Shown piece by piece: positions 18,685-28,333 of a DNA stretch of 64,000 bases (position 1 is the stretch's first letter; each line of letters starts with the position of its first letter). A program made the position numbers and the translations under genes. The DNA comes from Alphaproteobacteria bacterium CG11_big_fil_rev_8_21_14_0_20_39_49. GTDB lineage: Bacteria; Pseudomonadota; Alphaproteobacteria; Rickettsiales; UBA6187. The stretch is from positions 68,869 through 132,868 of the forward strand of contig PCXK01000015.1 in assembly GCA_002787635.1 (NCBI GenBank), given 5' to 3'. The notes below the pieces were generated by a model. The model saw nothing but the letters and a program-made list of their open reading frames with translations. It did no database searches and was not told the DNA's origin.

Positions 18685-19276
18685 TAATCAAAAATAGTCC
18701 TAATAAAATTAATATAACAGCAAATATAATTTCTTTTTCTTTATCATGCGTTTTGCTTTCATTATTGTTTATCTCTTCTTTGAGGTACGAATAAAACCAG
18801 TAGCATATAACGGATGAGAAAAGACCAAAAAGACCAGCTAAAAAGATGTATTTTTCTAATTTATCATTATTTTGAAGAATTGGTGTGTGAAATATCATAA
18901 TACATGATATAAACAAACTTGAAAAAAGCACTGAACAGTCTTCTAATGCAAATACATATCTTTTCTCTTGGCAGTGTTTTTCGTATTCTTGTATATCTTT
19001 GCACCCTTTTACTTCGTGATTTTTTAGAAAGCTACCAATCATAAAAACTTTTAAAGTTGAGTGATACCATAACAAGTCAAAACATATATTAATAAAAGGT
19101 ATCATAATTATACCGATTATTGGTAGTGATTGAAAAATTTCCGATTTCTCCGATCCTGTATTTACTCCAATTCCAAAAGTAATAGAGCCTAAAGCTGTAA
19201 TAGAAATGATTTTCCACTTTAGTAGGTTAGCCTTTTCTTTATATGTTTCTAGTATCTCTTGTCTTAAAGTTTCCAT
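18674..19276 (-). CDS. Hypothetical multi-pass membrane protein (200 aa), very AT-rich
   Basis: About 5 hydrophobic segments. Its 3' end overlaps the pheT stop region by 11 nt (convergent). No family recognised. Confidence 0.45.
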   Translation of the reverse strand: METLRQEILETYKEKANLLKWKIISITALGSITFGIGVNTGSEKSEIFQSLPIIGIIMIPFINICFDLLWYHSTLKVFMIGSFLKNHEVKGCKDIQEYEKHCQEKRYVFALEDCSVLFSSLFISCIMIFHTPILQNNDKLEKYIFLAGLFGLFSSVICYWFYSYLKEEINNNESKTHDKEKEIIFAVILILLGLFLIITP

Positions 19277-19516
19277 ATTTATCTATCTTCTAACATAAAG
19301 TAATTTAAGATGTTATTTTAAAATGATTAAAATAACATTAATTCCTTCATTTGGTATGCGATGAATATTATATCCTTGCCCGATATCGTAACATTTGATA
19401 TATAGTCTGTTATTGTCATGGGCGAATTTATTTTAGCATCTCATTATAACAATAATAGACCCTGAAACTAGTTCGGGGTGGCACTGAAGAAAGTAATTTA
19501 TATAATACAAAAACCT

Positions 19517-21319
19517 ATGTCCAAATTATCCAATATAAGAAATTTTGCGATTATCGCTCATATCGACCACGGCAAATCTACTCTTGCCGACAGGCTTATT
19601 CAGGAATGCGGAGGTCTCGAAGAGCGTGAGATGAGAAAGCAGGTCTTAGATAGTATGGATATTGAGCAGGAACGCGGTATCACTATTAAAGCACAGACTG
19701 TAAGGCTTGATTATAAAGCTCAGGACGGCAATACTTATATACTGAACCTGATGGATACACCCGGACATGTGGACTTCGCTTATGAAGTGAGCCGTTCACT
19801 TGCGGCATGTGAGGGGTCGTTACTGGTGGTGGACGCATCGCAAGGGGTGGAGGCACAAACACTGGCAAACGTATATCAGGCAATAGATAATAACCATGAA
19901 ATAATACCCATACTTAATAAAATCGACCTGCCGTCTGCCGAGCCTGACAGGGTAATCAATCAGATAGAGGAAGTTATAGGGCTGGACGCATCGGGTGCTA
20001 TCGCTACATCAGCTAAAACAGGGCAGGGGATAAAAGAAGTTCTGGAAGCTTTAGTACAAAGGCTGCCTGCTCCCGACGGAGAAATAGAAGCTCCTTTGAA
20101 AGCACTGCTGGTAGATAGCTGGTATGACTCGTATCTGGGGGTGGTTATTCTTATCAGGGTGATTGACGGCGAGATAAAAAAAGGTCAGAAAATAAAAATG
20201 ATGCGTGCAAAAGCAGCATATACCGTTGATAATGTAGGTTATTTCACGCCTAAAAAGGTGATGACGGGCGTTTTAAGTGCGGGACAGATGGGGTTTTTTA
20301 CCGCTTCCATTAAACAGGTGGCGGATTGCAAGGTGGGTGATACCATCACAGATGATAAACAGCCATGTGAGCAGATGCTTGCCGGATTTAAACCTAACCT
20401 GCCTGTGGTTTTCTGCGGATTGTTCCCTGTTGATGCATCGGATTTTGACCATTTGAAAGATTCACTGGGCAAACTTCGCCTGAATGATGCCAGCTTCGAA
20501 TATGAAATGGAAACGTCAGGTGCGTTGGGTTTGGGTTTTAGATGCGGATTCTTAGGTCTTCTGCACCTTGAGATAATACAGGAACGTCTTGACAGGGAAT
20601 TTGACCTTGACCTTATCACAACAGCCCCAAGCGTGGTGTATAAACTCCATATGAAAGACGGTTCGGTTGTAGATATGCATAATCCTGCCGATATGCCCGA
20701 CCCTACCAAGATAGACCATATTGAGGAGCCGTGGATTGAAGCTACTATAATGGTTCCCGATGAGTATCTGGGGAACGTACTTAGCCTTTGTACGGAAAAA
20801 AGAGGTACGCAAAAAGATATGTCCCATGCGGGAAATCGTGCCATGCTGATATATAAACTGCCGTTAAATGAGATTGTCTATGATTTTTACGATAGGCTCA
20901 AATCATGTAGCAAGGGTTATGCAAGCTTTGAATGGCACGTTGATGATTATCAGGAGGGTGATTTAGTTAAGGTAAATATAATGGTAAACGGAGAACCCGT
21001 AGACGCACTTGCCCTTATGACACACCGCAGCCGTGCCGAATCAAGAGGGCGTGAGCTTTGTAAGCGTTTAAAAGACCTGATACCCAGGCAAATGTTCAAA
21101 ATTGCCGTGCAAGCTGCTATCGGGGGCAAAATCATAGCCCGTGAAAGCGTAAGTGCTATGCGTAAGGACGTTACCGCAAAATGTTATGGCGGTGATATTA
21201 CCCGTAAACGTAAACTCCTTGAAAAGCAGAAGAAGGGTAAAAAGAAAATGCGTAGCATAGGCAACGTAGAAATACCGCAAAGTGCCTTTATTGCCGCTTT
21301 GAAAGTTGGTGATGATTAG
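19517..21319 (+). CDS. lepA: Elongation factor 4 (translational GTPase LepA)
   Basis: [35 protein letters not shown] and NKIDL G-motifs; C-terminal LepA domain. The track start at 19478 lies inside an upstream repeat and is unlikely. Confidence 0.95.
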   Translation: MSKLSNIRNFAIIAHIDHGKSTLADRLIQECGGLEEREMRKQVLDSMDIEQERGITIKAQTVRLDYKAQDGNTYILNLMDTPGHVDFAYEVSRSLAACEGSLLVVDASQGVEAQTLANVYQAIDNNHEIIPILNKIDLPSAEPDRVINQIEEVIGLDASGAIATSAKTGQGIKEVLEALVQRLPAPDGEIEAPLKALLVDSWYDSYLGVVILIRVIDGEIKKGQKIKMMRAKAAYTVDNVGYFTPKKVMTGVLSAGQMGFFTASIKQVADCKVGDTITDDKQPCEQMLAGFKPNLPVVFCGLFPVDASDFDHLKDSLGKLRLNDASFEYEMETSGALGLGFRCGFLGLLHLEIIQERLDREFDLDLITTAPSVVYKLHMKDGSVVDMHNPADMPDPTKIDHIEEPWIEATIMVPDEYLGNVLSLCTEKRGTQKDMSHAGNRAMLIYKLPLNEIVYDFYDRLKSCSKGYASFEWHVDDYQEGDLVKVNIMVNGEPVDALALMTHRSRAESRGRELCKRLKDLIPRQMFKIAVQAAIGGKIIARESVSAMRKDVTAKCYGGDITRKRKLLEKQKKGKKKMRSIGNVEIPQSAFIAALKVGDD

Positions 21320-21336
21320 GAAAAGAAGGTAACAAA

Positions 21337-21661
21337 ATGTTATATCTTCTGAAATATCCGGTAATTATTTTTATATTGGTAGTTATACCGATAATGTTAT
21401 TTGCCGAAGGTAACGATTCTCCTTCGACCGAGCAGAAAAAAATCCAATATTTGCCGGAAAGAATTGAGGAAAGCCGCTCTATTTTTGTAAGTAACGGCTC
21501 AGAATATAGAGGTAAATAGGCTGCATCTAGAGATTAAGCTGCGAAAAGGCACTAAATACGCCAAAACAGCAGAAGATTTCATAGAGAACATTGCTTCAAA
21601 ATCATCTTTTTCAGGAAAGCCTTATAGAATTAATCATTTTTTAATAAATTGTGTAATATAA
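21337..21661 (+). pseudogene. Frameshifted DUF5329-like secreted protein gene
   Basis: Frame A (21337-21519) encodes a signal peptide plus ...IQYLPERIEESRSIFVSNGSEYRGK*. The +1 frame (open 21491-21661) continues EVNRLHLEIKLRKGTKYAKTAEDFIENIASKSSFSGKPYRIN... Together they fit the DUF5329 pattern as I recall it, with a 1-nt indel near 21505. Confidence 0.45.
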
Positions 21662-22222
21662 TTATTACTTTGAGTGGTTGCTATAAAAGTACAAAATTAT
21701 ATCAAAGGGTAATTTATGGAAAATGATAAGTCATCAAAGAAACCTATAATAAAGAATAAAGGTGAAGAAACAGCTCTGTCCAAAACTGAGAAACGCAGGC
21801 AAGAAAATGTAAAAAAAGCCCTACAAGATGATAGTAGTTTAGATATAGCGGAACTTATAGGTGAAAAAGTTACTAATACTTCAATAAAAGCAGCGGAAAA
21901 AGTTAGTAACAAGGCAAATCGTGAAAGCGAATTAAAAGGTGATAAAAGTAAAATGGCAAGAAGGAATCTTGCAAAGTCTAAAAGTGATGAGAGTTTCTTT
22001 GATGATGAGCCGAAAACACCTCAGCCAAGAAAAGATAAGCGAGGACTAAAATATAGTAAAAGTTCCGAGTTACAGATTTTTAATATAGATAGCCCGTTTG
22101 ATAATTTGAAGAAAAGTGAAGGTGAGGGTAAGGAGAGCAGAAATTTTGAGGTTTCAACTGTTACTATAGCAATTTAAGATAAATTATTTACAATATTATA
22201 GATTTCTACATATTGCTATATT

Positions 22223-22576
22223 ATGTCGAAATCCTACTCATTAGATTTAAGGTTGCGTGTTGTGACTTACATAAAAGAAGGAGGGAGCAAAATATCTGCG
22301 TCTTCAGTTTTTCAAGTAAGCCGCCCGACGATCGACAAGTGGCTTAGCTACGATGATAGCGGCGACTTATCCCCTCGCAAGGCTAAAGGCAATCGTTCGA
22401 AGATCAGTAAAGAACGCCTTGTTTTTGTCCTTAATTCACAACCTGATGCTTATCTCCATGAGATAGCGGAGCATTTTGATGTCAGCTACGTTGCAGTACA
22501 TGCTGCGTTGAAACGGTTTGGTATTACTCGTAAAAAAAACCACGCTTTACAAGGAACGGAACGAAAAAAAGCGTGA
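22223..22576 (+). CDS. IS630-family transposase, N-terminal HTH part (orfA)
   Basis: MSKSYSLDLRLRVVTYIKEGGSKISASSVFQVSRPTIDKWL... is a typical IS630 N-terminus. It ends shortly after the A8 run at 22532-22539. Confidence 0.8.
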   Translation: MSKSYSLDLRLRVVTYIKEGGSKISASSVFQVSRPTIDKWLSYDDSGDLSPRKAKGNRSKISKERLVFVLNSQPDAYLHEIAEHFDVSYVAVHAALKRFGITRKKNHALQGTERKKA

Positions 22577-23087
22577 AGAATTCTTTTTGGAAGTCGATAG
22601 CATCGAAATTTCCAATAGGGTATACCTTGACGAAAGCGGTATCGATAACAATAATTATCGCAAATATGCAAGAAGTTTCAAGGGGAAAAGAGCATTTGGG
22701 GATATTATCGGCGGCAAAAAAGAACGGTATAGCATTATTGCCGCACTTTGCGAGAAAAACATCAAAGCACCTTTTGTTTTCAAGGGAAATACGAATACTG
22801 AAACCTTTAACAAATGGCTGGAAAGCAGCCTGATTCCAGAACTTAAGACGGGACAAACCGTGATTATGGACAACGCTTCGTTCCATAAGTCAGAAAAAAC
22901 AAGAAATTTGATTGAAGGGGCAGGTTGCAGATTGCTTTATCTGCCTCCTTATTCCCCGGATTTTAACCCTATTGAAAATTACTGGGCAATAACCAAGAAA
23001 AGACTAAGGTCAAAAAAATTCAAATATAAAAATTTAATCTCTAATATTTATGCCGCTCTAAAATTAAATGTAAATACCTTACCTTAA
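22518..23087 (+). CDS. IS630-family transposase, DDE catalytic part (orfB)
   Basis: VYLDESGID, VIMDNASFHKS and PPYSPDFNPIENYW give a DDE triad with 34 residues between the second D and E. There is no independent ATG; the track start is TTG within the overlap. Confidence 0.8.
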   Translation: MVLLVKKTTLYKERNEKKREEFFLEVDSIEISNRVYLDESGIDNNNYRKYARSFKGKRAFGDIIGGKKERYSIIAALCEKNIKAPFVFKGNTNTETFNKWLESSLIPELKTGQTVIMDNASFHKSEKTRNLIEGAGCRLLYLPPYSPDFNPIENYWAITKKRLRSKKFKYKNLISNIYAALKLNVNTLP

Positions 23088-23691
23088 GGTGCTATACACC
23101 AACAAATGATAAGGCAAAAGATGACAATAGAACTAAAATTTTAAATGCATTAAAGAACTCTGGTTTGAGACTACCTTTATCTGAAGATGAGCAAGATAAA
23201 GAACCTAAAAATCAAAGTTCAATGGATGGTGGGTTCAAAAATATGGCTTCGAATCAAGCTGATAAGGCATTTAGCATTCCTAGGAGAAGTTCATCACCAC
23301 CACGTATCAACGATAGTAGTGATTCTGCAAAAGATATAGATTCTCCAACTCAACCAAAATCAACCGATGCACCCTCAATACCAAGCAGATGGGAGGAAAG
23401 CCACGATTATGCACCCTCAAGGGAGGCAAGATCCAATGATGCACAACCAAGCAGACCGACAAGAAAGCCTTTTGCAGAAAAAGAAGCTCCTTTTCAGAAA
23501 AAGCAAATTGATGATTTACTTAATAGCGATGAATTTAAAAATGCAAAATATAGCTTAAAGAAGGCAAAAGACGGAAAAAGCGAAACCGAGGGGCAGAAGA
23601 GAGCCACAAAGTGGGTTGATGAGGCTGAGCAGACTAAGCAGGAAAATGCTAAATCAGCTCCCAAACCGCCGAGCAGGGGAGGAAGATAAAT

Positions 23692-24255
23692 TTAAGAAGA
23701 TTCACTTATCCTTGTCATAAACAGGCTGTCGTCACTTTTTAATAACAAAGGCATATTAGAACAAATATTGTCTATTAATTTTTCTACGGTCGGCTGCTCA
23801 TCTTTTGAAAAATTGTTGAGTACATAGCCGGATACCTTGTCCTTATCGCCCGGATGTCCGACACCGATGCGGATGCGTTTATAGTCCTTGCCTATTTTAG
23901 CGTCTATGTCACGAAGACCGTTATGTCCTCCATGCCCACCGCCTATTTTAACCCTTAATTTGCTAAATACCAGATCAATTTCATCATGGAATACTATTAT
24001 ATTCTCTAACGGTATTTTGTAGAATTTTACTATCTCCCCAACACACAATCCCGACCTGTTCATAAAGGTGTTAGGCTTTGCTGCAAGCACTTTTTCCCCT
24101 TCTATCAAGCCTTCGCTTAAAGTGCCGTGAAATTTTGTTTTGGGTGTGGAAAAGCAATAGCTGTCAACCAGCCTGTCAATTACCATGAAGCCTACATTAT
24201 GCCTTGTTTTCTCGTAATCTTTACCGGGATTTCCAAGACCTACAAGCAAATGCAT
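23692..24255 (-). CDS. pth: Peptidyl-tRNA hydrolase
   Basis: LLVGLGNPGKDYEKTRHNVGF...GGHGGHNGLRDI are canonical Pth motifs. Confidence 0.95.
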   Translation of the reverse strand: MHLLVGLGNPGKDYEKTRHNVGFMVIDRLVDSYCFSTPKTKFHGTLSEGLIEGEKVLAAKPNTFMNRSGLCVGEIVKFYKIPLENIIVFHDEIDLVFSKLRVKIGGGHGGHNGLRDIDAKIGKDYKRIRIGVGHPGDKDKVSGYVLNNFSKDEQPTVEKLIDNICSNMPLLLKSDDSLFMTRISESS

Positions 24256-24257
24256 AA

Positions 24258-24986
24258 TTACATCACCGGCATAGTGTCGTTATTGCCGCCGGGTGATTGC
24301 TGACGGCGTCTGCGGTCAGGTTTTACCTTCTTAGGTTTTCTTGCGTCCGTCTTCAAACGGTTTTGTAAATAATCATCAAGATGTGAATTCAGGTCATCCA
24401 TTTTGGTGCGGAAAAAATGGTCTGCACCTAATATAACCCTGTAATCAATACCTGCATTTTTCTGTTTTGCAAGCTTATCGGCAAGCTTGGAAACATCTGA
24501 TTCATTTACTATGCTATCTTCATCACCCTGAATTATCAAGCCATGGGCAGGGCAAGGCGAAAGGAAATTAAAATCATAACTCCCCGCAGGAGGCGATACG
24601 GCAATGAAGCCTTCAATTTCAGGGCGACGCATTAATAGCTGCATACCTACCCATGAACCGAATGAAAAACCTCCCATCCAATATGTAGAAGCGTTAGTGT
24701 TGTTTAACTGAAGCCAGTCAAGAACGGTTGCAGCATCGGCTAATTCACCTATACCCTCATCATATATCCCTTGTGAACGACCTACTCCCCTGAAGTTAAA
24801 GCGTGCCACGGAAAAACCGTTACGGGCAAAAGCGTGATATATATTATAAGCAACCTTATTATTCATAGTTCCGCCATGTTGCGGATGTGGGTGCAATACG
24901 ATGGCAACCGGTGCATTCTTTTCTTTTGACTGGTGATAACGGGCTTCTATGCGTCCCTCAGGACCGTTGATGATTACTTCCGGCAT
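24258..24986 (-). CDS. Alpha/beta-fold hydrolase with a basic C-terminal tail
   Basis: Nucleophile elbow GFSFGS, HPHPQHGG segment, C-terminal DARKPKKVKPDRRRRQQ. It lies 2 nt upstream of pth. Confidence 0.7.
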   Translation of the reverse strand: MPEVIINGPEGRIEARYHQSKEKNAPVAIVLHPHPQHGGTMNNKVAYNIYHAFARNGFSVARFNFRGVGRSQGIYDEGIGELADAATVLDWLQLNNTNASTYWMGGFSFGSWVGMQLLMRRPEIEGFIAVSPPAGSYDFNFLSPCPAHGLIIQGDEDSIVNESDVSKLADKLAKQKNAGIDYRVILGADHFFRTKMDDLNSHLDDYLQNRLKTDARKPKKVKPDRRRRQQSPGGNNDTMPVM

Positions 24987-25050
24987 TAATGTTCCTAAGT
25001 TTAAGTTTGTATTTTAAATAAATATTTATCTGTCTTCTTTTTATTTAATA

Positions 25051-25080
25051 GATGCTGAAATAAATTCGGCATGACAAAAA
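25051..25080. repeat. Core hairpin of repeat family A (partial copy)
   Basis: gatgctgaaataaattcggcatgacaaaaa matches the central hairpin of the full copies at 34751, 37517 and 54952. Confidence 0.5.
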
Positions 25081-25118
25081 GCATAATTTATTATAGCCAA
25101 AATATTTTTGCCAAGATA

Positions 25119-25152
25119 ATACTTGACTAAATTAGTAAGGCATTGTAAAAAT
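25119..25152 (+). promoter_or_regulatory. Candidate isc promoter (-35 TTGACT, 17-nt spacer, -10 TAAAAA/T) overlapped by an IscR type-1-like box
   Basis: ATACTTGACTAAATTAGTAAGGCAT (25119-25143) compared with the type-1 consensus ATASYYGACTRwwwYAGTCRRSTAT, recalled from memory, matches at 23 of 25 positions. It lies about 100 nt upstream of iscR. Confidence 0.45.
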
Positions 25153-25254
25153 ACTCTGTATTAGTATATAATTTAAGCTCAGTACTTATATAAGAATATA
25201 TAAAAAATGCAAGGATTTTGTGATGTTGACGGATTCTTGCGGTAGAGGTTTTAA

Positions 25255-25716
25255 ATGAATTTGACGACAAAAGGCAGATATGCGGTGATGGCGATGGTAG
25301 ATCTTGCTATGAATGCGGACGGTAAACCTGTTTCTCTGTCTGATATTTCGGTACGTCAGGATATAGCTCTTAACTATCTTGAGCAGATATTTATGCGTCT
25401 GAGAAGAGCGGGAGTAGTAAGGTCGGTAAGAGGGCCGGGCGGCGGCTACATGCCTGCAATGGATATAAAAGACATGAATATCGCACTTATTGTTGCTGCC
25501 GTTGATGAGTCGATAAAAATGACTCGCTGTTCCGACAATTCCGAAGGGGGCTGCTCTAAAACCAAAGCTAAATGTATCACTCATGACTTATGGGAAGGAT
25601 TGGGTAAAAAAATAAATGAATATTTAAGCTCCATTTCTTTAGATGATGTTTGCAAACGTAAAGTTTTGTTGGTAAGTTTTCCGACCGAGAAAAAACCGGA
25701 GAACATAAATGCATAA
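25255..25716 (+). CDS. iscR: Rrf2-family Fe-S cluster regulator IscR
   Basis: MNLTTKGRYAVMAMVDLA...SLSDISVRQDIALNYLEQIFMRLRRAGVVRSVRGPGGGY, Cys ligand region CSDNSEGGCSKTKAKCITH, first gene of the isc cluster. Confidence 0.85.
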   Translation: MNLTTKGRYAVMAMVDLAMNADGKPVSLSDISVRQDIALNYLEQIFMRLRRAGVVRSVRGPGGGYMPAMDIKDMNIALIVAAVDESIKMTRCSDNSEGGCSKTKAKCITHDLWEGLGKKINEYLSSISLDDVCKRKVLLVSFPTEKKPENINA

Positions 25717-26824
25717 TATATATTTGGACAATAACTCCACAACTGCGATGGAAGCTAAAGTTGCAGATGCTATGATAGAGGTGCTTGGTCGTCCCCTTAA
25801 TGCATCTTCTACGCATAAGATGGGCAGGGTGGCAAGGTCGATAGTTGAAAATGCCAGACGCAAAGTGGCTGATTTCGTAGGTGCGGGAAGTGATTATAAT
25901 GTAATTTTTACCTCATCGGGAACCGAGGCAAATAATCTGGCGTTAAAAGGTTTTGAAGGACAAAATCTTTTTGTATCGGAAATAGAGCATCCTTCGGTAT
26001 TGAACGTATGCAAGAAGCCTGACAGGATAGTTGTGCCTGTAAAGCAAGACGGGACTGTTAATATAGAGAATCTGGAAAAACTGCTTACCATACATAGGGG
26101 TAAGTCGCTTGTTTCGGTAATGCTTGCCAATAATGAAACAGGTATAATCCAGCCTATGAAAGAAGTGGTTGAGGTTTCTAAAAAATGGGGAGCTATAGTA
26201 CACACCGATGCGGTGCAATGTTGCGGTAAGATAGATGTTGATATAAAAAAGCTGGGGGTCGATATGCTGACTATATCCGCCCATAAGTTAGGAGGACCTC
26301 ACGGGGTTGCCGCACTGGTAGTGAAAAAGGATATCCAGCTTGTTCCGCAAATAATAGGAGGCGGTCAGGAACATAATATGAGAGGCGGAACTGAAAATAT
26401 CGCATCTATTCACGGGTTCGGTAAAGCAGTTGAAATATCCGAAGTAGATGAAGGCATAAAAATGCTGCGTGACGGTTTGGAATCGGAGATAAAAGCTGCG
26501 GTTCCCGAATGTGTTATATTCGGCCGGGAACAAAAACGCCTGCCCAATACCAGCTTTATAGCAATGCCTGATGTTTTGAGTGAAACACAGCTTATACATT
26601 TTGATATGCATGATATAGCAGTAAGTGCGGGTTCTGCCTGTTCTTCGGGCAAGGTTGAGCCTTCACATGTGTTAAAAGCTATGGGTGTAAACGATAAAAT
26701 AGCAAAATGTGCTATCAGGGTAAGCTTAGGTAAGCACAACACTGCCGCCGATATAAATAGTTTTGTAAGGGTCTGGAAAGAGCTTTACAATAATATAAGG
26801 AGTAAAGAGGAAAAGGTGGCTTAA
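25709..26824 (+). CDS. Class V aminotransferase / NifS-like cysteine desulfurase (second paralog)
   Basis: PLP-lysine motif [10 protein letters not shown], active-site SAGSACSSG. It overlaps the iscR stop by 8 nt. Confidence 0.85.
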   Translation: MHNIYLDNNSTTAMEAKVADAMIEVLGRPLNASSTHKMGRVARSIVENARRKVADFVGAGSDYNVIFTSSGTEANNLALKGFEGQNLFVSEIEHPSVLNVCKKPDRIVVPVKQDGTVNIENLEKLLTIHRGKSLVSVMLANNETGIIQPMKEVVEVSKKWGAIVHTDAVQCCGKIDVDIKKLGVDMLTISAHKLGGPHGVAALVVKKDIQLVPQIIGGGQEHNMRGGTENIASIHGFGKAVEISEVDEGIKMLRDGLESEIKAAVPECVIFGREQKRLPNTSFIAMPDVLSETQLIHFDMHDIAVSAGSACSSGKVEPSHVLKAMGVNDKIAKCAIRVSLGKHNTAADINSFVRVWKELYNNIRSKEEKVA

Positions 26825-26850
26825 ATAGAGTTAAAAATAGGAAAATAAAT

Positions 26851-28083
26851 ATGACAAATATAAACCAAAATTTAAAATTACCTGTCTATATGGACTATCA
26901 GGCTACTACGCCGATGGATCCTCGTGTTTTCGAGGAGATGATACCTTATTTTGTGGAAAAATTCGGTAATCCTCACTCACGCGGGCATAAATATGGCTGG
27001 GAAGCTGAAGCCGCATGTGAAAAAGCACGTGAACAGGTTGCCGACCTGATAGGTGCAAACCCTAAAGAGATTATATTTACATCGGGTGCGACCGAATCAA
27101 ATAATATGGCATTAAAAGGTATCGCTAAATTTTACGGTGCTAAAAAGAACCATATAATAACCTGCACGACCGAGCATAAATGTGTAATAGATACCTGCCG
27201 TCACCTTGAGCGTGAGGGCATGGAGGTTACATATCTGCCGGTGGATAATGAAGGTATAATCGACCTTGAGAAGCTAAAAAAAGCTATAACCGACAAAACG
27301 GCGATTGTGTCCATTATGGCGGTAAATAACGAAATAGGTGTTATACAGCCTATAAAGGAAATAGGTGCAATATGCCGTGAGCGTGGCGTGTTCTTCCACA
27401 CAGATGCCGCACAGGCATTCGGTAAGATTCCGCTTAATGTTGAGGAAATGAACATTGACCTTATGAGTATATCCGGACATAAGATATACGGTCCTAAAGG
27501 TGTGGGTGCGTTATTTGTACGCCGCCGTCCGAGGGTTAGGCTTGTACCGCTGATAAACGGTGGCGGTCAGGAAAGGGGCTTTCGTTCGGGAACACTGCCT
27601 GTGCCTATGGTTGTAGGACTTGGCAAGGCGGCTGAAATAGCACGCCTTGAAATGGGTGCGGAGAATGAGCGTATAGCTAAGCTTTATGACAAGTTATATA
27701 ACTCACTGGTTTCTAATATAAAGGACGTGTACTTAAACGGTCATGCCGAAAAACGTATCAAGACAAACCTTAATTTAAGCTTTGCTTATATAGAAGGTGA
27801 GTCGATGATAATGTCTATTAAAGATTTGGCGGTAAGTTCGGGTTCTGCGTGTACTTCGGCAAGCTTAGAGCCTTCTTATGTTTTAAGGGCTATCGGTGTG
27901 GGTGAGGATTTGGCACACACTTCGATAAGGTTCGGTATAGGCAGATTCACAACCGAGGAAGAAGTTGATTTTGCTATTGAAAAGGTAACCGGTGCTATAG
28001 ATAGATTGCGTGATATGAGTCCGCTGTGGGAGATGGCACAAGACGGTATTGATATAAGTAAGATTGAGTGGTCGGCACATTAA
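26851..28083 (+). CDS. iscS: Cysteine desulfurase IscS
   Basis: [51 protein letters not shown], and C-terminal ...IEWSAH typical of IscS. Confidence 0.95.
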   Translation: MTNINQNLKLPVYMDYQATTPMDPRVFEEMIPYFVEKFGNPHSRGHKYGWEAEAACEKAREQVADLIGANPKEIIFTSGATESNNMALKGIAKFYGAKKNHIITCTTEHKCVIDTCRHLEREGMEVTYLPVDNEGIIDLEKLKKAITDKTAIVSIMAVNNEIGVIQPIKEIGAICRERGVFFHTDAAQAFGKIPLNVEEMNIDLMSISGHKIYGPKGVGALFVRRRPRVRLVPLINGGGQERGFRSGTLPVPMVVGLGKAAEIARLEMGAENERIAKLYDKLYNSLVSNIKDVYLNGHAEKRIKTNLNLSFAYIEGESMIMSIKDLAVSSGSACTSASLEPSYVLRAIGVGEDLAHTSIRFGIGRFTTEEEVDFAIEKVTGAIDRLRDMSPLWEMAQDGIDISKIEWSAH

Positions 28084-28136
28084 TAGTGTCGGTGTTAAGT
28101 GATGGTGTTTGTAGTAAATTAAGTATATAATTACAC

Positions 28137-28224
28137 ACGTCATTACCCGAATTTGCGAAGCAAATTATAGGGTAATCTCATGATATCGCCCTATAGTTTC
28201 CTACGGAAACTCGGGCGATGACGT
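28137..28224. repeat. Palindromic repeat family C, copy C1 (inside the isc operon, between iscS and iscU)
   Basis: acgtcattacccgaatttgcgaagcaaattatagggtaatctca...cgccctatag...gggcgatgacgt is near-identical in architecture to 32110-32196. Confidence 0.65.
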
Positions 28225-28333
28225 AATTAGATAGTAAAATTACTATAGCTTTGTAACACTTAACACTAAAAATATGGTATAATTAACTTAGGGTCTAAGA
28301 TTATTAGACTCTATAAATTAAGGAGAACTAAAA

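Larger units (their letters stand above)
22165..23096 (+). mobile_element. IS630/Tc1-mariner-family insertion sequence (about 930 bp) with flanking TA
   Basis: The terminal inverted repeats tatagcaatttaagataaattattta and tatagcaccttaaggtaaggtattta (reverse complement of the right end) match at 21/26 positions, counting the flanking TA at each end as the first two. Each end starts with TA (22165-66, 23095-96). It encodes HTH and DDE ORFs. Confidence 0.8.
21716..23689 (+). pseudogene. K/S/E/P-rich low-complexity protein gene split by an IS630-family insertion
   Basis: The 5' fragment is 21716-22177 and the 3' fragment 23165-23689. Removing 22167-23096 (the IS plus one TA) gives an uninterrupted 1044-nt ORF of 347 aa, with junction ...EVSTVTTPTNDKAKDDNRTKILNALKNSGLRLPLSEDEQ... 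Confidence 0.65.

Noticed and set aside
19478-19516. Upstream GTG start for lepA
   Set aside because: The extension starts inside a family A repeat fragment and adds 13 residues not found in Lep[23 protein letters not shown] is the canonical N-terminus.
22524-22886. Alternative-frame ORFs inside the IS element (22573-22833 +, 22524-22886 -, 22655-22873 -, 22486-22671 -)
   Set aside because: They overlap the transposase DDE frame, which has clear family motifs, and nothing supports them.
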